From Rhodanobacteraceae bacterium (lineage in GTDB: Bacteria; Pseudomonadota; Gammaproteobacteria; Xanthomonadales; Rhodanobacteraceae), in contig PLNP01000040.1 in assembly GCA_003142815.1 (NCBI GenBank), positions 3,672 through 67,671 of the forward strand: a DNA stretch of 64,000 nt, given 5' to 3'. Made by a program: the position numbers and the translations under genes. Under the pieces are notes generated by a model. It saw nothing but the letters and a program-made list of their open reading frames with translations. It had not been told where the DNA came from and did no database searches. The first letter of the stretch is position 1. The number at the start of each line of letters is the position of its first letter. Of this stretch, positions 28,117-36,131 are shown piece after piece.

Positions 28117-29136
28117 ATGGCGCACGCTAACAGCTTCCGCGACACGCGCATCGCTCTTGCGCACGGCAACGGCGGCCGCATGATGCGCGAGCTGATCGAG
28201 GAACTGTTCGCTCCTGCCCTGGCCAATCCGCAGCTCGACACCGGGGCCGACGCTGTGCCACTGCCCATGCCGGCCGATCACGACCTGATGGTGACCACAG
28301 ACGGCTTCACTGTGAAGCCGTTGGAGTTTCCGGGGGGCAATATCGGCTCGCTTGCTGTCCACGGCACCGTAAACGATCTTGCTGTCTGCGGCGCGAAGCC
28401 GCATTACCTGACGCTCAACGTCTTCCTCGAAGAAGGACTGGAAATCGCGCTGCTGCGCCGCGTGATCGACGCACTGGCGGCCGCCGCGCGCGACTGCAGT
28501 GTCGCGGTGGTCGCCGGCGATACCAAGGTGGTGGGTCGCGGCGACTGCGACGGCATCTATCTCGCCACCACTGGCGTCGGCTTCCGGCCACGCGGAACCC
28601 GCTATGCGCTGGATCGCATCCGTGCTGGCGACCGCATCTTGGTGAGTGGACCCGTCGGCGACCACGGAACCGCAGTGCTCCTGGCACGCGAGGAGTTCGG
28701 CCTACGGGGTGATCTGCGCTCGGATAGCGCCAGCGTATTGCCGCTGACGCAGGCGTTGGCCACGATCGACGGCTTGCATTTCATGCGCGATCCGACACGG
28801 GGTGGATTGGCTACCGTGACTCACGAGATCGCCCGGGCCACCGGCCTTGGCCTGCGGCTCGATGAGGCGCAGATTCCGGTCAACGAGTCAGTCCAGTCGG
28901 TCTGCGAGCTGCTCGGCTTTGATCCGCTGTACCTGGCCTGCGAAGGACGCGTCGTGGCCGTGGTCGCCGCCGAAGACGCGGACGCCGCGCTGGATGTGTT
29001 GCGGCCCTTGGCACCACAGTCGGCGCTGATCGGCGAAGTGACCGCCGGAGCGGCACAGGTGATTCTCGAAACCACGTTCGGCGGCCAGCGCGTGCTCGAC
29101 GAACTCGACGACGATCCGCTGCCGCGCATTTGCTGA
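28117..29136 (+). CDS. hypE: HypE
   Basis: HGNGG, TTDGF, HGTVNDLA, GDTKVV, MRDPTRGG and terminal PRIC. Confidence 0.95.
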   Translation: MAHANSFRDTRIALAHGNGGRMMRELIEELFAPALANPQLDTGADAVPLPMPADHDLMVTTDGFTVKPLEFPGGNIGSLAVHGTVNDLAVCGAKPHYLTLNVFLEEGLEIALLRRVIDALAAAARDCSVAVVAGDTKVVGRGDCDGIYLATTGVGFRPRGTRYALDRIRAGDRILVSGPVGDHGTAVLLAREEFGLRGDLRSDSASVLPLTQALATIDGLHFMRDPTRGGLATVTHEIARATGLGLRLDEAQIPVNESVQSVCELLGFDPLYLACEGRVVAVVAAEDADAALDVLRPLAPQSALIGEVTAGAAQVILETTFGGQRVLDELDDDPLPRIC

Positions 29137-29399
29137 AGCGGTGCACTCTCCCTTGGCGGGGATAATGTTTGAACCACTACGGAATATCCGACAACAAAAT
29201 TTTTTTGTTCTTCTCGAATGGGCGTCGGTACTTTAATGCACCGCGGTGCGCTGATCGCACCATTTTTTCGCCAATGCGCATATGTGCGGCCCCGAACCGA
29301 CTTAAAAACCCGGCGGTATAGTTTGATCTTTACGTAGCCTTGGAGGCACTATCTAACCCCCAGCGCCGACAACCCGATCAGCCAATAGGAGACACGCCC

Positions 29400-29687
29400 A
29401 TGAGGAACACTCAGATCGTCGCGGGGGCGACCATGCTCGTTTTGCTCGCGGCGGCACTGCCCTCGTACGCGGCAGACGCAGCCGCCGGACAGAAGATATT
29501 CAAGAGCGTTTGCGCCGCCTGCCACCAGCTCAAGGACAAATACTACACCGGTAAATCGGAAGCCGACCTCGAAACAGCACTGAAAAGCATTGTGGCGGGT
29601 AAGATCAAGCACGAGAAGAAGCTCACTCTGAGCGATACCGACATCGCGAACATCGCAACGTATATTTCGAGCGGCAACCCGAAGTAA
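29400..29687 (+). CDS. Small periplasmic class I c-type cytochrome (single heme; no distal Met)
   Basis: AGGAGA RBS, signal peptide, ADAAAGQKIF...CAACH and LSDTDIANIATY. Confidence 0.8.
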   Translation: MRNTQIVAGATMLVLLAAALPSYAADAAAGQKIFKSVCAACHQLKDKYYTGKSEADLETALKSIVAGKIKHEKKLTLSDTDIANIATYISSGNPK

Positions 29688-29889
29688 GGATGCTCTGACG
29701 CGCGCGCTTCGTGTGCGCGGCGTTTCGCACCGAGAACAGCGGCGGCGCTGACACCACCCACTTCAGCGACTGCCGCGCCGCGCTTATCGACTTGGTCCGA
29801 TTCCTGCTGACAAGTTCGAGTTTCATACCGGAACGACTAGCCCACATTGACGCCTGATCAAGCCGAGGCGCCGCGCACGACTCGCGCGA

Positions 29890-31485
29890 TCATGCACGGC
29901 GCCGCAGTCGTTTCGCCAGATTTGCTGCGAATGCTGCCGGGTCGCCGGCAACGTCTGGATCGACGGTTATCGCTTCGGCGCGTTCGGCCGCGTCCAGCGG
30001 TTCGGCGTGCTGCAACTGATCGTCGAGGACCGCCTCGCCGGCTTCCGAAGCGTCGCCGCCGCGCGCGATGCGTTCACGCAGCCGACGACGCAACTCCGCC
30101 TCCGGTGCCACGCACGCAATAATGACGAAGCTCACGCCGTGGACTGCGGCGAGCGCGCGGAAGATTTCCCGCTGCTGGTGCTGTGGGCAGGCCGCATCGA
30201 CGATCACTGAAAATCCGGCCGCTAGCGCCGTCGCGGCCGATTCGAACAGGCGCTGATACGTCGCCTCGCCCGAGGCGCGCGAATACACCCCTGCGCCCAT
30301 TCCGGATCTCGTCGTCTGGTCCGCGGCGAAGCCGTGCAGCCGTTTGCGCTCGACGTCCGAGCGCACCCGAATCGCCGGCCAGCGCTCCATGAGGTCGCCG
30401 CTGACACGGGTCTTGCCTGAGCCCGAGAAGCCATGCATAAGGAACAAGACCGGCAGCGGCGGCGAAGCCAGTCGATGCGCCAATTGCAGGTGCGACGCGG
30501 CATCGTCGACCGCCGTTGCAGCTGGCGCAACTTCCGGCGACAGCTGCGCGCGGCGCAGTAACGCCACCATGGTCCGGACCAGGGCGCGGTAAACCAGGTA
30601 ATACCGCAGCACGGCGACGCCGGGATAATCACCGCTGGTCTCCAAGTAAACGTTGATTAAGCGGAACGCGAGTCGCGCTCGGCTCCGGTACAACAAATCC
30701 ATCATCAGGAATGCGATGTCGCTGATCACGTCGATCCAGCGCAGTTCGGCGCTGAATTCGATGCAATCGAACGGCACCACTTCATCGCCGAGGCGAACAA
30801 GGTTGCCCAGATGCAGGTCGCCATGGCATTCGCGAACCAGGCCTTGCTGGCGGCGCGCGGCGAAAGTTGTTTCCAGCGCGTCGAAGCGGTTGCTGGCCCA
30901 GGTGGCAAGCCCTTCCAGTGCTTCACGCTGCGGCGCATCGGTGAGCAGCGCCCGCAGCGCGAGCAAGTTGTCCTCGACCAGGTGCTTGATCGACCGGGAA
31001 GTACCGTAGTCGCTGCCCTCGCCGGCGCGCGGCGCCTCACCGTGGAAGCGGGCGATCCGCTGCGCGACGCGCGCGATGTCGGCTTCGTCCAGCCGTCCCG
31101 CTTCGAGTAAACGATCGAGCTGGTCGCCCTGCGGGAACTGGTGCATACGAACGGCATATTCGATCGGCTCGCCGGCGCCGAGGATCGTGGCGCTCTCGAC
31201 TGGACCGGCGATCGGCACGACGTCGACGTACAGCTTCGGGGCCAGCCGTCGGTTGAGCCGCAGCTCTTCAAGGCAGACCGCATGCCGCAGCGGCAGAGTC
31301 GAGAAATCGAGAAAGCCCAAGGCCACGGGCTTTTTGATCTTGTAGGCGTAAGTGCCGGTCAACAAGACCCAGGAGATGTGGGTTTCCACGCATGCCAGCC
31401 CCCGCACCGGGTGAGGGTAGGCTTCAGGCGCAAACAGTCTCGTTATCAGCGCCGAAGGTGTGACGGGAGCAGGGCGTGGGTTCAT
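29890..31485 (-). CDS. Bifunctional aminoglycoside-phosphotransferase-like / P-loop (AAA_33) kinase
   Basis: ETHISWV, YKIKKPV, RECHGDLHLGN, FDCIEF, and P-loop GFSGSGKT with RSDVERK. Confidence 0.88.
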   Translation of the reverse strand: MNPRPAPVTPSALITRLFAPEAYPHPVRGLACVETHISWVLLTGTYAYKIKKPVALGFLDFSTLPLRHAVCLEELRLNRRLAPKLYVDVVPIAGPVESATILGAGEPIEYAVRMHQFPQGDQLDRLLEAGRLDEADIARVAQRIARFHGEAPRAGEGSDYGTSRSIKHLVEDNLLALRALLTDAPQREALEGLATWASNRFDALETTFAARRQQGLVRECHGDLHLGNLVRLGDEVVPFDCIEFSAELRWIDVISDIAFLMMDLLYRSRARLAFRLINVYLETSGDYPGVAVLRYYLVYRALVRTMVALLRRAQLSPEVAPAATAVDDAASHLQLAHRLASPPLPVLFLMHGFSGSGKTRVSGDLMERWPAIRVRSDVERKRLHGFAADQTTRSGMGAGVYSRASGEATYQRLFESAATALAAGFSVIVDAACPQHQQREIFRALAAVHGVSFVIIACVAPEAELRRRLRERIARGGDASEAGEAVLDDQLQHAEPLDAAERAEAITVDPDVAGDPAAFAANLAKRLRRRA

Positions 31486-31692
31486 CGCAAGAATCGACGC
31501 GCACACGGCGGCGGGGTCCACGGCTCGAATCGCATTGGCTGTTTGACACGCGCAGAATTACACGCGGCGCGCACCACCCTCGGGTTCTTCCAGAAGAACC
31601 ATGCATTCTTGCCGTCGCTGCTCGCGGCAAGAATAAAGGCTCCCCGATTTCCGCGCTGAATCTTTAGCCGCCGAATCAAACGGGCGCGTCCA

Positions 31693-32508
31693 TCAAGTGG
31701 GAAGGGGGCGAGCAGATTGCTTATTGTCCTCATATCTCGCCGCACCGGACAACGCATTCTTCGCAGCCGACACCGTTGCTGACGTCGCGCCGGGCATGTG
31801 TCCCGCGGCGATCTGCCCAAGTGCGGCTCGATCGCGAATGTCAACACGGTGGCCGTGCGTCGACAACCATCCACAACGCTGAAATCTGGCAAGCAGCCTG
31901 GATACGGTTTCGGGGACAAGATGCAGGTAGTTGCCGATCTCCTTGTGGGACATCGGCAAATGGACTGCGGCCGGCTCAGCCTCCATGGAAAGAATGAAAG
32001 CCGCCAGGCGTTGGGGTGCAGAATTGCAACAAATCGATAGCCGGGCCTCCAGCCGGACTATTTCCTTGCGGAACTCTTCAAGCAGCTGAAGCTGAAGCTG
32101 ACCGGATTCGCCCGAGCCTAGAATGACCATCTGCACAGGAATCTGGCATATCGTCGTAACGTCCACGGCGAGGGCACCGCAGCGCATCGGACGCTGCACC
32201 AGCGCATCCAATCCCAACACCTTCCCCGCCGTGTGAAATCCAGTAATCTGCTCGCGGCCGTCATCCTCGATCCGGTAAGTTTTCACGGTGCCGCTCTTAA
32301 CCGAATACACATGCTCGGACAGGTCCCCCGGCCAGTATAGATGTTGCCCACGCCGCAAGGCGCGCATGGTAGGGACACCTGAAAAGCTTGATCCGCTTTG
32401 ACATAGCTGCTGCATTATCGCTTCGGCTATGTTTACGTCACAGCCGCGAACAGCGCTTTTATCCGACTCGGACAGGATGTCACTCGGATTGGCATCTGTC
32501 CAAGTCAT
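31693..32508 (-). CDS. Crp/Fnr family transcriptional regulator (FNR-like)
   Basis: GREQITGF, APQRLAAF and HTH MSHKEIGNYLHLVPETVSR. Confidence 0.85.
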   Translation of the reverse strand: MTWTDANPSDILSESDKSAVRGCDVNIAEAIMQQLCQSGSSFSGVPTMRALRRGQHLYWPGDLSEHVYSVKSGTVKTYRIEDDGREQITGFHTAGKVLGLDALVQRPMRCGALAVDVTTICQIPVQMVILGSGESGQLQLQLLEEFRKEIVRLEARLSICCNSAPQRLAAFILSMEAEPAAVHLPMSHKEIGNYLHLVPETVSRLLARFQRCGWLSTHGHRVDIRDRAALGQIAAGHMPGATSATVSAAKNALSGAARYEDNKQSARPLPT

Positions 32509-32649
32509 GTTCTGGTCTCCTGATTAACGGGCTCGCCCAAGCTCGCACCAATGGTTGGCCGGTCATCACGGCGCCGCCAGTCACGTTGTAGCGCAAATCG
32601 TTTCTTCGCGAACGCCTACCGCGGCACGGGGTTGAGAAGCTGATTAGCG

Positions 32650-32775
32650 CCGAACCTCAGCCGCTGATCGCGTGATCTGAGACGATCGCAGCGGATGGTA
32701 CGCCCACTGTCGAAGCGGAGGTGGGTCATGGCAATGAACCAGGTTCAGTTCCAGTCGGGTCTTTCGATGGCGGCA
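32650..32775 (+). mobile_element. IS1595-family left-end remnant
   Basis: GGAGG RBS then MAMNQVQFQSGLSMA (32728-32772), resembling the N-terminus of IS1595/ISXo2-type transposases; homology ends abruptly. Confidence 0.55.
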
Positions 32776-32877
32776 ACTCGTGCCACGATTGCTCCGTGCC
32801 ATGATCCTCTGCGGCCCTTGCGCCGAGCCGAACCTGCGTCAGGCGATCAACTTTCTTGGCTGATGCGATGTGCCCCG

Positions 32878-33861
32878 TCAGCGTCCGCCGATCGCGAGAC
32901 CGATCGCAAGGAGCACCGCGAAACTGAGCGATAGCCGCGACGCGCGCGGTGTCATCGCCACCAAATCCGCCGTGCGTTCGTGCGTGCAAACCATGCGGGC
33001 GATCGTCCACGCTGAAGGTAAAGTGAGCAGGGGCAGCAGGATCCACGCGTTGTATCCGAGCCCGCACCAGAAGAAGATCGGCGCCAGATAGGCCCAGGCA
33101 GTAAGCACTAGGTAGCGCACGCGGCTCCAGCCGACTCCGAAGCGCACGGTACCGGTGCGCCATCCCTTCGCCGCATCGAAGGCATGGTCCCGGATGTCGT
33201 CGATGATCAGTACGTTGGTGATCAGTGCCCCGATCGGCAAACCAACGACGAAGACGTCCCAAGGCACCATCCGAAGTGACGACACCCACCCCGACGGCGC
33301 GCCATGGGTCGCCGCAGTCTGGATGTAGTAGGTACCTGCCTCCGCCACGATGCCAAACATGATGAAGAAAATCGGCTCGGCCATGCCCGATCGGGCGTAC
33401 GGCAAAGGTCCGCCGGCGTAGGCTAAACCCGCCACGAGACCGACGATCCCGAGAGCCAAAACCAAGTCCCCGCCGAGCAGAACCAAATAAAGCCCTGCGA
33501 GCACCGCCGCTACGACGCAAGCGACGATAGCCATTTTTAAGCCACGCAATGTCAGCGTATGCCGCTCGATCGCGTCCTGTAGCTCCGGGTGCTCCGACAC
33601 AGCGGGATGTCTGCGCAATAGCTCGAGGTTATCGGTAAGTACACCGGCGATATGAATAAGCCAGCTACCCAAAAATGCAAGCACGGTAGGCAATGCCGCG
33701 AACACGTGGTCACGCAGCGCTAGACCGACCGCGACCACCACGGGTGCTGCGGCAGTCGGGAGTGTGTGGCCCGGATAGAGCAGCAGCGTGATCCATATCT
33801 CGCGGCGCGCCAGCGCGAGCCCCCTTTCTGAAGGATTGGTGTTGTCGTTGTTCGTTTTCAT
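32878..33861 (-). CDS. UbiA-superfamily prenyltransferase, MenA-like
   Basis: YPGHTLPTAAAPV (MenA RPxTL..A..PV-like), YAGGPLPY...G.AE and DDIRD..FD...G.RT...RFG; about 9 TM helices. Confidence 0.75.
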   Translation of the reverse strand: MKTNNDNTNPSERGLALARREIWITLLLYPGHTLPTAAAPVVVAVGLALRDHVFAALPTVLAFLGSWLIHIAGVLTDNLELLRRHPAVSEHPELQDAIERHTLTLRGLKMAIVACVVAAVLAGLYLVLLGGDLVLALGIVGLVAGLAYAGGPLPYARSGMAEPIFFIMFGIVAEAGTYYIQTAATHGAPSGWVSSLRMVPWDVFVVGLPIGALITNVLIIDDIRDHAFDAAKGWRTGTVRFGVGWSRVRYLVLTAWAYLAPIFFWCGLGYNAWILLPLLTLPSAWTIARMVCTHERTADLVAMTPRASRLSLSFAVLLAIGLAIGGR

Positions 33862-34109
33862 TGTTAGCTTGCCTGTTCCGATCACGGGAATTTTTCTCGC
33901 GCGCGACATGAATATGGCGTCCTGCCTTGCTCTCCGGACTTATCGCCGACGATTTCGGCCAAGAGAGACGCCGATTTCCCTGAAATTTTCCCCGTTCACG
34001 GGAACTAGGTAGTAGAGACTGGTTCGCACGATTCTACGCACACCGCCACACAGGTTCGCGATCGCTACGCCGCCCCTCGCGCGCGTGCCACCATGACGGC
34101 GCTCGACAA

Positions 34110-34240
34110 GGAGCGTGGCCCCTTGCGGGTCAGACTGTCTTCGAAGCCTTGCCCGTAGCGATGCGATTTCAGATCGCGAAACGAGGATTCGATCTGCATG
34201 CGCCTGGCGTAGAGTGTGACGACTTGCTGGGCGCATGAGC
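34110..34240 (-). mobile_element. IS4-family (IS10-like) transposase fragment
   Basis: LYARRMQIESSFRDLKSHRYG carries the Y(2)R(3)E(6)K signature. Confidence 0.75.
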
Positions 34241-34342
34241 TGATCGCCGACTGCCGCACGTGATCGGCGCCGGCGCGCTGATACGTTTCGACCGGAATGC
34301 TGATTAACGTTTTCCAGCACACGCATGCGCTATAGCCGACAC

Positions 34343-34960
34343 TTACGCCCAGGATGAGACGGCCGACCACAACCCTTCTCGCATAGAAAGGCAGGGTCCG
34401 TTACCTCCAGAGCAGCGGCCGCCGGCATCAATCCCTCCAAAGCGGTGCGCAACGCCTCTGATTCCTGATGGGCGCCCCAACGATCGTTCGTCCAAGTATT
34501 CGATGAGCGAGAGCCATCTGCATGCGATTTCGCCGTCGTCGCTCTGCTCGACACCGAGAGACGTGAAAAAGTCCGTCGGTTTTCCGTCAACGAACGTAAA
34601 CAGCCATTCGTCCTTGGGCAGAGCGGAGTCGATAAATGCAGCAAACGTGCTGGCGCCCGCTGTTGCGATGGGCGCTGGATAGCCGAGTGCTTCGGCCCGA
34701 TGGGCAGCGCGCGCTTGGTCTGAACTGGAAAATACATTGGACCGGCGTTCGGCAAGCACGCCGCCGAGCGGATATTTCACGCGTCCGCGGACCTTCTCCT
34801 GACGAAACGGCGGAGGTTTCCCGTCGCGGCGACGGTCGAGGAGGGTGTCCACGCTGCACGCGAGCAATTCAGCGACTTGTTCCGCGACCAAGAGCGTATC
34901 CGGCGGAACCGAATATACGCGATTGTCGCGGAGCCACTCATCAGGGATGGAGCGTCTGAA
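34343..34960 (-). pseudogene. Integrative-element HTH (excisionase/AlpA-like) protein, start lost or uncertain
   Basis: LLVAEQVAELLACSVDTLLDRRRDGKPPPF...VKY pattern; the frame extends upstream only to an in-frame TAG near 34963; adjacent to an att-like repeat. Confidence 0.5.
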
Positions 34961-35057
34961 CTACTCATGGGACGCAGCATGGCGCAGGGCTCGCAGGAAA
35001 GTCCACGGTCAGGCAGGAAACCACGAGCTAAACTGGGAACCATACCGGAACCATAAA

Positions 35058-35095
35058 ACAATATGGCTCCGATATTCCTATCGGAGCCATATTGT
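35058..35095. repeat. Perfect 17-bp inverted repeat hairpin
   Basis: ACAATATGGCTCCGATA-ttcc-TATCGGAGCCATATTGT. Confidence 0.9.
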
Positions 35096-35121
35096 AAGCT
35101 ATTGATTTCATAGCTATTTTC

Positions 35122-35141
35122 GGGGACTAGGGCTCGAACCT
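35122..35141 (-). repeat. att-like 20-bp duplicate of the tRNA-Gln 3' half
   Basis: GGGGACTAGGGCTCGAACCT is identical to 53294-53313 inside tRNA-Gln. Confidence 0.9.
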
Positions 35142-35475
35142 GTCTCACAAGTTTATGATCTTCATGACAATCGGTTCTGCAGTATTGGCGAGTGCCCCGC
35201 TTTTTACCCCGTAGCTGCTGATCCTTGTCCGTGCGCAGACGCTGAAAGCGCCCCTACTAGCTATGTGCGCGTACCGGTCAACATGATCGGCCGTTCCGAT
35301 AGCCGGTGATCAGCGCGCCGCTCAAGATCACCCCTTGATCGCTCACCGCGCGACCGTCCGGATTCGGCCAATAACGGCTCTTCAGCTGCTTCAAATGCAC
35401 GCCGCAAAGCGGTCACTCGAACTGCGCCAAGCACCGAAACATGTCAGGCGTACACACCGCTACGCCACGCCAAGA

Positions 35476-35640
35476 CTAAGAACTTATCCGTAAATAATAT
35501 TGACCTTCAGCGGTACCTTGCGAAACACGATGATCGCTGCCGCAAGATAGTAGAGGCCGAGAAAACTGCTGTCTAGTTTCTCATAGCGCACCAGGAGCTT
35601 GCGAAAGCGCTTGAACCAACCATGCGCGACCTCAACCACT
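35476..35640 (-). mobile_element. IS5-family transposase C-terminal remnant with right end
   Basis: VVEVAHGWFKRFRKLLVRYEKL...LAAAIIVFRKVPLKVNIIYG* followed directly by an IS-end-like GATAAGTTCTTAG. Confidence 0.8.
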
Positions 35641-35755
35641 CATCGTTGCGACCATGACCGGAATCGTTATGAACGGCCCGACCCCACACATCTGGTTCAT
35701 GTTCACGGCAACGGACGCTGTCAAGCCCAGCGGCCGGCGAAAGCCCGACTCCGCG
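35640..35755 (-). pseudogene. APC amino-acid permease N-terminal fragment abutting the IS5 remnant
   Basis: GFRRPLGLTASVAVNMNQMCGVGPFITIP resembles APC TM1. Confidence 0.6.
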
Positions 35756-36131
35756 TTGGGTCGCCTCATGCGACAACCGCAGGACCGCCTATGGTAGCCA
35801 TGCCGCCGTGCCCTCGCTGCGGCAGGTTCGCCAAGCCATCCCGATCCCCATGGCGTTACCCCCTTCACGCTGGAGCTGCCCCGGCACACGCGGTTCGTTG
35901 CGTCGACGAGTTGGTAACGGGGCAACCGCAATGCAAAAGACTCGGCGGCGAAGCCTCCACGTAAACGAACTGGGCAGCAGAAGCATTCTGACCGCACCGT
36001 CATGTTCCCGTGACCGCAGGGCGAGACGCAGCACGATGTGTTGGGTACTCAGCCACAAGCTGTGCCGCGTGGTCATACCGAGTCATGCAGCAGCTACATC
36101 AGTTTTTTGATCTCTGATAGCCCGCAGTGGA

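Noticed and set aside
29323-29336. FNR box upstream of the cytochrome c gene (TTGAT-CTTT-ACGTA)
   Set aside because: The second half-site matches too poorly to support
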